Positions 37,166-47,393 of a stretch of 64,000 nt of DNA are shown here, piece by piece. Position numbers and translations under genes: made by a program. Position 1 is the stretch's first letter, and each line of letters opens with the position of its first letter. This DNA is from an uncultured Anaerolinea sp. (GTDB lineage: Bacteria; Chloroflexota; Anaerolineae; Anaerolineales; Anaerolineaceae), in NCBI GenBank assembly GCA_964557895.1, contig CAZLBG010000001.1:44858-108857 (forward strand). The letters are read 5' to 3'. The notes beneath the pieces were generated by a model that searched no databases, was not told where the DNA came from, and saw nothing but the letters and a program-made list of their open reading frames with translations.

Positions 37166-38425
37166 CTAATCCTGCCACTCAAGCTCATAATCTTTAATAT
37201 AGACTGTTTCACCGTTCTGAATGCCCTCTTTCCGAAGCGCATCATCAACCCCCAATGTCACCATCAGGTGATGAAACCGCCTTACCGAGCCATCATGCTC
37301 CCAGTAAGTCATATCAGCAGCTCTCTCTATTGCATGTCCTTTAACACGCCAGCCATCACCTTCACGGAAAATGGTGAAATCCTTCGGATCCACTTCTTGT
37401 TTGTATACCGGGATCTCATGAGCTTCTTCCATAACTGGCAACGTCTTCAGTAACTCAACCGCTTTCCAAAGAACTTGCTGTAGATTTTCGCGTGTCATTG
37501 TGGAAATAGCAATTGGGGAGTAACCCTTTTTTTCCAGGGTTTTCTTGAGCGATTTCCATTTTTCCTTGACTTCCAAATCATCAATTTTATTCACTACAAC
37601 GATCTGGGGTTTTTCTTTAAGCTTCTCGTCAAACAAAGCCAGTTCAGTATTTGTCTGTGAAAAATCAGCCACAGGATCTACGGCAAGTCCATCAAGGACG
37701 TGGATAATAACCTTCGTTCGCTGGATGTGTTTCAGAAAAGCAAATCCTAATCCTGATCCCTGGTGAGCACCTTCGATCAAACCCGGGATATCTGCCAGGA
37801 TCAGAGAATTTTCTGCATCAAGATTGGCTACGCCCAAATTCGGTTCTATTGTTGTAAAAGGATAATCCGCAATTTTTGGAGTCGCATTGGTCACCGCTGC
37901 AAGAAAACTGGATTTACCTGCATTGGGAACACCTACAATCCCTACGTCGGCTAAGAGCTTTAATTCCAGTCTTAGGTTCATTTCCTCGGGAGGTTCCCCT
38001 TTTTCTGCAGTCCGGGGAGCCTGGTTGCGCGATGTGGCAAAATGCTGATTTCCCAACCCACCACGTCCACCTTTACAAACCTTCAGAGTTTCTCCACGTT
38101 CCGTAAGATCACCAAGAAATTCCCCGGTTTCATCGTTAAAAATGATCGTCCCGGGTGGCACAGGGATTATCAGGTTTTTTGCTGACTTTCCACTCATGTT
38201 GCTAGGACCGCCATTCTCGCCATCGTCCGCAATGTATTTACGCTTGTATCGGAAGCTTTGTAAAGTATTAAGTGTTGAAACTATCTGGAAAACAACATCA
38301 CCGCCACGGCCGCCATCTCCCCCATCCGGGCCGCCTCGTGGAACATACTTCTCGCGGTGAAAATGCATCATTCCAGCACCACCACGTCCAGACCGGACAT
38401 AAATCTTAGCTTCGTCAATAAACAT
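37166..38425 (-). CDS. obg: GTPase Obg/CgtA
   Basis: MFIDEAKIYV...GGDGGRGGDV Obg fold. GVPNAGKS G1 motif. C-terminal OCT-like domain. Confidence 0.95.
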   Translation of the reverse strand: MFIDEAKIYVRSGRGGAGMMHFHREKYVPRGGPDGGDGGRGGDVVFQIVSTLNTLQSFRYKRKYIADDGENGGPSNMSGKSAKNLIIPVPPGTIIFNDETGEFLGDLTERGETLKVCKGGRGGLGNQHFATSRNQAPRTAEKGEPPEEMNLRLELKLLADVGIVGVPNAGKSSFLAAVTNATPKIADYPFTTIEPNLGVANLDAENSLILADIPGLIEGAHQGSGLGFAFLKHIQRTKVIIHVLDGLAVDPVADFSQTNTELALFDEKLKEKPQIVVVNKIDDLEVKEKWKSLKKTLEKKGYSPIAISTMTRENLQQVLWKAVELLKTLPVMEEAHEIPVYKQEVDPKDFTIFREGDGWRVKGHAIERAADMTYWEHDGSVRRFHHLMVTLGVDDALRKEGIQNGETVYIKDYELEWQD

Positions 38426-38449
38426 GCGGATTGTCTTTCTACTGTTGAC

Positions 38450-38481
38450 CAGGAATCCCGGTATTTCCCCCGGGATTCCTG
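38450..38481. other. Perfect 12-bp-stem hairpin between the COG2403 gene and obg
   Basis: 'caggaatcccgg' / 8-nt loop / 'ccgggattcctg'. No clear U-tract on either strand. Confidence 0.5.
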
Positions 38482-38495
38482 ACGTTTATCTGAAT

Positions 38496-39827
38496 TTACT
38501 TCTTCTTGAACTTCGCAGTTAAGATCTCAGTTAATGTTGGTTGTCCAATTTCCTGTAATTCATAGCGGACCCGTTGCATCGGTTTGTTTACCTTGAGGAT
38601 TCGGTTAAGATCGATTGGGGTCGCAGAAATCACTAGGTCAACATCTGCCTTATTGATTGTCTTTTCCAGATCCTTGACCATTGCATCACCATATCCCATG
38701 GCCGGCAGGATTGCCCCCGTTTTTGGATATTTGACATAAGTTTCATGGATCGAACCGACTGCAAAAGGTCGGGGATCAACGATCTCACCAGCCCCAAACC
38801 GCCGGGCAGCAACCCACCCCGCGCCATATGCCATCTCACCGTGTGTCAGAGTCGGGCCGTCCTCAATAACAAGTACTCGCTTGCCGCGAATAGCATCAGG
38901 ATTATCCACAAACAGAGGAGATGCCCCTTCTATGATAGCGGCTTTTGGGTTCAATTCGTGCAGCACGTTGCGCACTGCAATGATCTTATCAGGGTCGGCT
39001 GTATCTACTTTATTGATTACGAATACATCCGCCATACGGACATTCGTCTCACCTGGATGGTACGCGCTTTCGTGTCCAGCCCTGTGGGGATCAGCCACTA
39101 CAATATTCAGGTCAGATTTGTAGAAGGGGAAATCATTGTTCCCGCCGTCCCACAGGACGATGTCAACTTCCTTTTCCGCCTGCCGTAAAATCGCTTCGTA
39201 GTCTACCCCGGCATAAACAATCACACCATTATCGATATGGGGTTCATACTCCTCGCGTTCCTCGATCGTACATTCATGTTTGTCGAGATCCGCATAAGTA
39301 GCAAACCTTTGAACCTTTTGTTTTACCAGGTCACCATAGGGCATCGGGTGCCGGATGGCGGCAACTTTGTATCCCATTTCACGCAAGATCAGAGATACCC
39401 GTCGGGTTGTTTGGCTCTTTCCTGAGCCTGTGCGTACAGCACATACCGAAATAACCGGTTTGGTTGATTTAACCTGGGTTGAATTTAGTCCCATCATCCT
39501 AAAATCTGCACCAGCTGCCAGTACTGTCGACGCCTTATGCATCACAACTTCATGAGGAACATCACTGTAGGCAAAAACCACCTGGTCGACTTTTAGCTCT
39601 CGAATAAGCTTTACAAGATCAGACTCAGGAAAAATGGGAATACCTGCAGGATACAAAGAACCAGCGAGCTCTGTGGGGTATTTTCGACCTTCAATGTTGG
39701 GGATTTGAGTAGCAGTAAATGCCACTACCAGGTAATCCTTGTTGTCGCGGTAAAAAACATTGAAATTGTGAAAATCTCTGCCTGCTGCGCCCATGATTAG
39801 GGTTCGAATCGGGGTCATACTGTTCAT
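38496..39827 (-). CDS. COG2403-type predicted P-loop GTPase (family often annotated cyclic 2,3-diphosphoglycerate synthetase-like)
   Basis: LIMGAAGRDFHNFNVFYRDN N-terminus and VRTGSGKSQTT P-loop. The family call comes from memory of this N-terminal signature. Confidence 0.55.
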   Translation of the reverse strand: MNSMTPIRTLIMGAAGRDFHNFNVFYRDNKDYLVVAFTATQIPNIEGRKYPTELAGSLYPAGIPIFPESDLVKLIRELKVDQVVFAYSDVPHEVVMHKASTVLAAGADFRMMGLNSTQVKSTKPVISVCAVRTGSGKSQTTRRVSLILREMGYKVAAIRHPMPYGDLVKQKVQRFATYADLDKHECTIEEREEYEPHIDNGVIVYAGVDYEAILRQAEKEVDIVLWDGGNNDFPFYKSDLNIVVADPHRAGHESAYHPGETNVRMADVFVINKVDTADPDKIIAVRNVLHELNPKAAIIEGASPLFVDNPDAIRGKRVLVIEDGPTLTHGEMAYGAGWVAARRFGAGEIVDPRPFAVGSIHETYVKYPKTGAILPAMGYGDAMVKDLEKTINKADVDLVISATPIDLNRILKVNKPMQRVRYELQEIGQPTLTEILTAKFKKK

Positions 39828-39858
39828 CTCCTTTGAATAATTTGGTTTACCAGTTTAT

Positions 39859-41622
39859 TCACATCGCTTGTGGGGCTGTGATGCCCAGTAATGCCAAACT
39901 ATTGCCAATGGTTTGCCGTGCTGCTGCAACCAGATTTAGTCTGAAGTTACGGATCGGTTCATCAGTTTGTAGAACAGGACATTGCGTATAAAAATCGTTA
40001 AACGCTTTGGCGATATCATAGGCAAGGTTTGAAATGATCAGCGGTTTCAAATCCTTTGCTGCTTTTTGCACTTCACCCGGCAGTCTGCTGATAAGGTCAA
40101 TGAGGGTAATTTCACTGGGTGTTAGGTCATGCTGTAATAATACACTCTCAGGCAACTGGAAATCGACTTTTTTAAGTATGCTTGTTCCCCTAACAAAAGC
40201 GTACTGAATATACGGCGCTGCCTGACCATTGAAATCTAGCGCGGATTGCCAATCAAAGGTGACAAGTTTAGTACTCTCGCGTGCTAGCATCGGATACTTA
40301 ATTGATCCGATCCCGATTGCTTTAGCGATTTCAAGCTTCGTTTCGGGAGGCAAATCAGGATTCTTCTGACTGACAACCTCAAGTGCTCGGGCAGTTGCTT
40401 CGCGGATCAAATCTTCCAGGAGCACAACATTTCCTTCGCGCGAAGCAATAACAACATTGCCTGGTAGATTCACCAACTCATATGGTATGTGAGCGCATTT
40501 CGGTGCCCATTCATATCCTGCAAGTTCGAGTATTTTAAATACCTGCTGAAAATGCAACGATTGCCTTACATCCACTACATACCAGGATTTTTCCAGTTTG
40601 GGATAATCTTCAAATTTCTGCCTGGCTAATGCAAGATCTTCAGTTGCGTACAAAGCAGTACCGTCCGACCGCAAAATCACTGCGACCCGGTATTTCTCAT
40701 CTTTCAGACCGAATTTTTCATCAACCTTTACGATTACAGCTCCACCTGTTGCCCGCTCATCCTCGGCAATTCCTTGCTCTATCAGATTGTTCACAATTTC
40801 CTTGCCAGGAACTTCGAACATGGAATTGAAGTAATACTTATCGAACCGAATGTCTAAGGTGTCGTACATCTGGCGAAAACCCTCAAGTGACCATTCGCGA
40901 GTTTCATTCCAGGCAGCAACGATCTCAGGATCGCGTTTATCCCAGCGGGAATAGATTGCTCGTATTTCCTTATCAATATCCGGGTTTTCTTCAAGCCGTT
41001 TGCTCGCTTCCGAATAAAGATCTCCCATCCATCGGGTGATATCTTTTGAAGGTTTCTCGCCTTTATGGAAGTTGAGATAATTCCACAACCATTTAATAAC
41101 ATGCAGACCAATATCGCCTGGGTAATTCGCACGAATCACATCATAACCAGCCGCTTCATGAAGACGGGCAAGAACATCTCCCAGGATCGCGCCACGTAAA
41201 TGCCCGACGTGAAAAGCCTTGTGGGTATTTGGATGAGAAAACTCAAACATCACTAACTTGCCATTTTTTTGCCACCAACCGAATTTTTCTTTTTCAATCA
41301 GGACTGAATCGACTATTCTCTTTGAAAAAACGGTTGGTGAAAAATACAAATTTAAATAACCATTGACAGACGCAATTTTCTCGAAACCTTCCGGTAATGA
41401 TAATATCGCTGCAATTTCATCCGTTATGCTTTTTGCTTTCTGAGCTACATTCCCTTTTTTGTTACCAAATGATTTTGCTGCAAGCTGAAAAAAAGAAAGT
41501 GAGATCCCCCACTCTCCATTAAACGGAATCCAGGACCATTTAAAATCCATCTCAGGAAGTCGCCTGGCTTGCAAGTACTCATTTATTTGGTTTTCTATAT
41601 CTAATTGTTCGATTTCAAACAT
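39859..41622 (-). CDS. argS: Arginine--tRNA ligase
   Basis: HVGHLRG (HIGH) motif and class I architecture. ATG at 41622, with an alternative GTG at 41646. Confidence 0.9.
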   Translation of the reverse strand: MFEIEQLDIENQINEYLQARRLPEMDFKWSWIPFNGEWGISLSFFQLAAKSFGNKKGNVAQKAKSITDEIAAILSLPEGFEKIASVNGYLNLYFSPTVFSKRIVDSVLIEKEKFGWWQKNGKLVMFEFSHPNTHKAFHVGHLRGAILGDVLARLHEAAGYDVIRANYPGDIGLHVIKWLWNYLNFHKGEKPSKDITRWMGDLYSEASKRLEENPDIDKEIRAIYSRWDKRDPEIVAAWNETREWSLEGFRQMYDTLDIRFDKYYFNSMFEVPGKEIVNNLIEQGIAEDERATGGAVIVKVDEKFGLKDEKYRVAVILRSDGTALYATEDLALARQKFEDYPKLEKSWYVVDVRQSLHFQQVFKILELAGYEWAPKCAHIPYELVNLPGNVVIASREGNVVLLEDLIREATARALEVVSQKNPDLPPETKLEIAKAIGIGSIKYPMLARESTKLVTFDWQSALDFNGQAAPYIQYAFVRGTSILKKVDFQLPESVLLQHDLTPSEITLIDLISRLPGEVQKAAKDLKPLIISNLAYDIAKAFNDFYTQCPVLQTDEPIRNFRLNLVAAARQTIGNSLALLGITAPQAM

Positions 41623-41684
41623 GGCAATTTTTCCGTGGTAAGTCACAAGGATTATAACACAACGACTTTTTCCAGCTTTTTAAT

Positions 41685-41710
41685 GCAAAAGCGGGAGAAT
41701 CCTCCCGCTT
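41685..41710 (-). terminator. Rho-independent terminator of rpsT
   Basis: Minus strand: 'gcgggag' / loop 'gatt' / 'ctcccgc', followed by 'ttttgcatt'. Confidence 0.7.
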
Positions 41711-41735
41711 GATTGCATTTTCGAAGTGTTCCAGA

Positions 41736-41999
41736 TTACTTTTGCTCAGAAAGCAATTTCATCAGGCGGCTCTTGCGTCGGGCAGCGTTATTCTTGTGGA
41801 TCACACCCTTCTGAGCAGCTTTGTCGAGAGCTGAAATGGCTTCCAGAGTCGCTGCCTTGGCAGCCTCGGCATCTTTACCTTCGATAGCAGTTCGGGCACG
41901 GGCAATGAATGTTCGTGCTTGGCCACGATAGACGCGATTGCGTACACGGCGTTTTTCGTTCTGCTTGTTTCGTTTTATTGCGGACTTTATATTAGCCAA
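41736..41999 (-). CDS. rpsT: 30S ribosomal protein S20
   Basis: TTG start at 41999 gives (M)ANIKSAIKRNKQNEKRR. 'ggaggt' lies 6 nt upstream. The longer ORF to 42050 is unsupported. Confidence 0.9.
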   Translation of the reverse strand: MANIKSAIKRNKQNEKRRVRNRVYRGQARTFIARARTAIEGKDAEAAKAATLEAISALDKAAQKGVIHKNNAARRKSRLMKLLSEQK

Positions 42000-42069
42000 C
42001 TTGTTACCTCCAAAAATACTTCTGACAGTGCGAGGGTCGAGGGTAAGCACTGATTCAGGTGGCGGACGA

Positions 42070-42098
42070 ATTCTACACTATATGTGGAAATCTGTCCA
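42070..42098 (-). promoter_or_regulatory. Sigma70-type promoter of rpsT
   Basis: Minus strand: TGGACA (42098-42093), 17 nt, TAGAAT (42075-42070). Confidence 0.55.
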
Positions 42099-42131
42099 TT
42101 ATTTCTTTAGAATTACTCCTGCCAATCATGT

Positions 42132-43307
42132 CTATTTATCTTGTAAAGCCGCTACGCCTGGTAGATCAAGACCTTCTAGCATTTCCAGTGATGCACCACC
42201 ACCAGTCGAAATATGGGTGATTTTATCCGCTAAACCTGATTGTTGAATAGCAGCAACGGAATCCCCGCCTCCAATAATGCTGACAGCCTTACTCTTTGCA
42301 ACTGCTTTAGCAATCGCAAATGTTCCCTTCGCAAACTCAGGAAATTCGAAAACGCCCATCGGCCCATTCCAAACAACAGTGCCGGCTTTTGCAATGATGT
42401 CGCTATAAAGCTTAATCGTCTCTGACCCTATATCAAGAATCCGCCAACCCGCAGGCACTGAGCCAAGCGCCATCTTTTTCGCCTTTGCGCCAGCCTCAAA
42501 TTTATCACCCAGAACAACATCGACAGGTAAATGAATTTTCTTACCGGCTTCTTTGAGTAATTCCTTGGCTGTTTCAACCGCATCTGGTTCTACCAGTGAA
42601 TCAGCCAGTTCGAGACCCTGAGCCTTGAAAAACGTATTTGCCATACCGCCGCCAATCAATATTTCATCTGCTTTTTTAAGCAAGTTCTTAATGACCCCAA
42701 TCTTGTCGCTAACCTTGGCACCTCCGAGGATGGCAACAAACGGTTTTTTGGGTGCTGCGATAGCCTGACCGAGGTACTGGATCTCTTTCTCCATGAGGAA
42801 ACCGCCAACGCCCGGAAGAAAATGCGTTACACCCTCTGTGGATGCATGCGCCCGGTGGGCAGTTCCAAAAGCGTCATTCACATAAATATCCGCTAAAGAA
42901 GCCATAGCTTTTGCAAAGTTAAGATCATTGGCCTCTTCTTCTGGGTGAAACCGGGTGTTTTCGAGTACAAGCACATTTCCGGGTTTCAAAACTTTTGCAG
43001 CAGACTCTGCTGGTTGTCCAACACAATCTTGGGCGAAGGATACCTTTTTACTGATTAACGTGCCTAGATGCTTGGCAACAGGCTCTAGTGAATACTTGGG
43101 GTCTGGTCCGCCTTTTGGTCGGCCAAGATGTGAGCATAAAATAACTGCGCTTCCTTTTTCAATTAGGTATGTGATAGTTGGTAGTGCGGCGGTGATCCGC
43201 GTATCATCAGTGATCACGCCATCTTTCATCGGAACATTAAAATCCACTCGCACTAATACCTTTTTCCCCTTAACATCAATATCCCGAATGGTTTTTTTGT
43301 TGAACAT
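42132..43307 (-). CDS. pgk: Phosphoglycerate kinase
   Basis: [26 protein letters not shown]. 'aaggagga' upstream of the ATG at 43307. Confidence 0.95.
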   Translation of the reverse strand: MFNKKTIRDIDVKGKKVLVRVDFNVPMKDGVITDDTRITAALPTITYLIEKGSAVILCSHLGRPKGGPDPKYSLEPVAKHLGTLISKKVSFAQDCVGQPAESAAKVLKPGNVLVLENTRFHPEEEANDLNFAKAMASLADIYVNDAFGTAHRAHASTEGVTHFLPGVGGFLMEKEIQYLGQAIAAPKKPFVAILGGAKVSDKIGVIKNLLKKADEILIGGGMANTFFKAQGLELADSLVEPDAVETAKELLKEAGKKIHLPVDVVLGDKFEAGAKAKKMALGSVPAGWRILDIGSETIKLYSDIIAKAGTVVWNGPMGVFEFPEFAKGTFAIAKAVAKSKAVSIIGGGDSVAAIQQSGLADKITHISTGGGASLEMLEGLDLPGVAALQDK

Positions 43308-43402
43308 TGCATCCTCCTTGTTGTTAATCAACATGATGCGTCTCCGATTTATTGGCAACGCATCATGATTAATTTTTTCCAGGAAATGAGTCTCCTGAAT
43401 AT

Positions 43403-44479
<1,077 letters not shown>

Positions 44480-44509
44480 TTATTTTACCATGTCTAGACA
44501 TGGTTTGAT

Positions 44510-45862
44510 TTAAAGAGATGAAATTTCTTCTTTAGAGCTCAAAGGTCCGGTTTTCTCAAAGTACAAATCCATTACAACCTGTGCTAATTTTCGAGAATCA
44601 TGCTTCCAAGGATTATCCAGATCAAGGGTATCAGCTTCATAAAATATTTTTTGGTTTAATGAATCCATCAATTTCACCCAGTGAACATCTTGTGGCAGGA
44701 CTCCCTCAAACCGCTTGTTACAAATAACCACGTCGAAAAGGGAGCTCCGGGTGTGTTTTTCAATGGCATTAAGGTGGTCTTCGCAGCTCAGATTGTCAGT
44801 TTCACCGGGTTCAGTAGCCACATTGCATACATAGAATTTATAAGCCTTGCTGGCATTGATCGCATCAACCAGGTCAGGAACGAGCAGGTTGGCAATGATA
44901 CTGGAATACAAACTTCCCGGACCAACGATGATAAGGTCGGCGTTTAGTATAGCTTGAATTGTTGGTGGAAATGCCGCCGGATTACCGGGTTCCAGCCATA
45001 CTCTGAGAATCTTTCCCCCATATTTTGGTATTTGACTCTCACCCTGGATCTGAATTTCCACTTTCTTATCAGGAAGTTGCAAATCCGCAACAAGAGACAC
45101 GTCATGTAAAGTCGAAGGAAGCACCTGACCTTGAACTGCAAGTACTCGTGCAGTCTCAGCAACTGCTTCCTCAAAACTCCCTGTGATCTCTGTTAAAGCT
45201 GAAATCAGCAAATTACCGAGAGAGTGACCATTGAGACCGACACTGGAGGAGAATCGGTATTGGAAAAGTTGAGTAAGCAATTCTTCATCGTCTGAAAGAG
45301 CAGCTAGGCAACTGCGAATATCACCCGGAGGAAGAATCCCTAGAGTTTTTCTTATTTCACCAGACGAACCACCGTCATCAGCTACAGCAACAACAGCTGT
45401 TATATTTCGCGAATATTCTTTTAGACCCCTTAATAACGCAGATAAGCCCGTTCCCCCACCGATAACAACAATTCTCGGACCCTTTTCTCGACGCCGGTAT
45501 TCAGACAACGCGTCGATCACATTTTTTCCTGGTCGCAGGAAAGGTCTTAACAACGCCTGGTTCATCCCCCAGGTTCCAAGTGCAACAGCTCCAACTCCAA
45601 GGAACAGAAATATTACCGCACGGATAACACGGTTAGAAATCCATTGTAAAGAAACAACTTTTACGATTGGAAGCCACCAGGTGTTTGGAACTGTACGGTA
45701 AATATTGATCAGGATTACGGCAAAACCGAGACCCAAAAGGGTGGTACCAATGAGGATGAGTAATACCCAGCGTTTAACCCCAATTCCTGGTAACAACCAT
45801 CGAAATTTATTCAAAATCGACGATATTGACCGCTTGATCCGCTTTATTTGTTTTGGACGCAT
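44510..45862 (-). CDS. YvcK/CofD-family (gluconeogenesis factor-like) protein with an N-terminal two-TM anchor
   Basis: RIVVIGGGTGLSALLRGLK and VADDGGSSG. The ATG at 45862 is preferred because a start at 46012 would leave only 16 nt to the divergent gene. Confidence 0.8.
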   Translation of the reverse strand: MRPKQIKRIKRSISSILNKFRWLLPGIGVKRWVLLILIGTTLLGLGFAVILINIYRTVPNTWWLPIVKVVSLQWISNRVIRAVIFLFLGVGAVALGTWGMNQALLRPFLRPGKNVIDALSEYRRREKGPRIVVIGGGTGLSALLRGLKEYSRNITAVVAVADDGGSSGEIRKTLGILPPGDIRSCLAALSDDEELLTQLFQYRFSSSVGLNGHSLGNLLISALTEITGSFEEAVAETARVLAVQGQVLPSTLHDVSLVADLQLPDKKVEIQIQGESQIPKYGGKILRVWLEPGNPAAFPPTIQAILNADLIIVGPGSLYSSIIANLLVPDLVDAINASKAYKFYVCNVATEPGETDNLSCEDHLNAIEKHTRSSLFDVVICNKRFEGVLPQDVHWVKLMDSLNQKIFYEADTLDLDNPWKHDSRKLAQVVMDLYFEKTGPLSSKEEISSL

Positions 45863-46028
45863 TAAAAAGTAATGATACCTTTGAACAATCCTCAAGTCAA
45901 TGACAAGATCAATACCCAAAATTTGGGAGAATCTGACATGGTATAATTTTCTTACACAAAGATCTTTCCCAGTGTTGCTGAAGTGAGTCTTCGCATCCGT
46001 CGTCCATTCCATTTTCAGGAGGTGTGTT

Positions 46029-47387
46029 GTGAAACCGCTAAACTTACCAGGGCCTAAGGCAAAACGCTTGATCGAAAGAGATCAGGCTGTTATCTCGCCT
46101 TCCTATCCAAGGGGGTATCCATTTGTTATGGACCATGGAAAGGGAGTGGAAGTTTGGGATGTAGATGGTAACCGTTTTATCGATTTTGCGGCTGGAATTG
46201 CAGTCAACTCAACCGGTCACAGCCATCCTAAAGTAGTCAAAGCCATCCAGGAACAAGCCGAAAAATTTATCCACATTTCATCTGACTTCTACCACCCCAA
46301 GTGGATAGAACTGGCAGAGTATTTAGATCTCATCGCACCTTTTCAAGAAGATGCTATTTCCTTTATGACAAATTCCGGCACCGAAAGTGTGGAAGCCGCC
46401 CTAAAGCTCGCCAGGTTCTATACTGGACGATCCCAATTCATTGGCTTCTTGGGTGGTTTCCATGGTCGCACGATGGGTGCCGTCACGCTTACCGCAAGTA
46501 AACCTCACTATCATCGTGGATTCTTCCCGTTGATGAATGGTGTTACACACGTTCCATTCCCTGATCCTTACCATCCTTTAATTGCAATGAAACCAGGTGA
46601 AGATGTAGGAAGTTCAACTATTCGGTTCCTTGAAGAGGAGATCTTTGGACGCACAATTCCAGCAGATGAAGTTGCTGGTATCGTCATAGAGCCAATTCAG
46701 GGAGAAGGCGGGTATGTTATCCCTCCATCTGATTTCTTTATTCAACTGCGTGATGTATGCAATCGCTACGGTATTCTCTTGATTGCAGATGAAGTCCAGG
46801 CAGGAATTGGTAGAACAGGAAAATGGTGGTCCATCCAGAACTTTGGTGTCGAGCCTGATATTGTAACCACGGCAAAAGGTATCGCCTCCGGCATGCCTCT
46901 CGGTGCAATGATCGCCCGTAAAAGCATCGTTACCTGGCCAAAAGGGGCTCATGGGAATACCTTTGGTGGCAATCCCCTTTCCTGTGTCGCAGCACTAGCT
47001 ACCCTTCAATTGATCGAGGAGGAATACCTCGACAATGCTTCTATCGTCGGGAAATACATTCTCGGACGTCTCAAGAAGATACAGGAAAAACATCCTTCAA
47101 TTGGAGAAGTTCGTGGAATAGGATTAATGATTGGTGTTGAATTCGTTACAGATCGTACTACTAAAAACCCCGCCACTGAACTCCGTAATCGTGTTGAACA
47201 CCTGGCTTTTGAACGCGGTCTGCTTACATTAGGCTGTGGTCGCAGTGTTATCAGGATCTCCCCCGCTCTCTGCATTACAGAAGCAGAAGCAGAAGAGGGA
47301 TTAAAGATCTTTGAAGACGCCATTGACGTTGCAGAAAAAGAAGTGGTTGACAACGCTGCATCAAAGATCCTTGTAGAAAAAGGATAA
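46029..47387 (+). CDS. Class III (GABA/acetylornithine-type) PLP aminotransferase
   Basis: GTG start after 'aggagg'. FIDFAAGIAVNSTGHSHP and ADEVQAGIGRTGKWW. The KGI lysine region is present. Confidence 0.85.
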   Translation: MKPLNLPGPKAKRLIERDQAVISPSYPRGYPFVMDHGKGVEVWDVDGNRFIDFAAGIAVNSTGHSHPKVVKAIQEQAEKFIHISSDFYHPKWIELAEYLDLIAPFQEDAISFMTNSGTESVEAALKLARFYTGRSQFIGFLGGFHGRTMGAVTLTASKPHYHRGFFPLMNGVTHVPFPDPYHPLIAMKPGEDVGSSTIRFLEEEIFGRTIPADEVAGIVIEPIQGEGGYVIPPSDFFIQLRDVCNRYGILLIADEVQAGIGRTGKWWSIQNFGVEPDIVTTAKGIASGMPLGAMIARKSIVTWPKGAHGNTFGGNPLSCVAALATLQLIEEEYLDNASIVGKYILGRLKKIQEKHPSIGEVRGIGLMIGVEFVTDRTTKNPATELRNRVEHLAFERGLLTLGCGRSVIRISPALCITEAEAEEGLKIFEDAIDVAEKEVVDNAASKILVEKG

Positions 47388-47393
47388 CAACAA

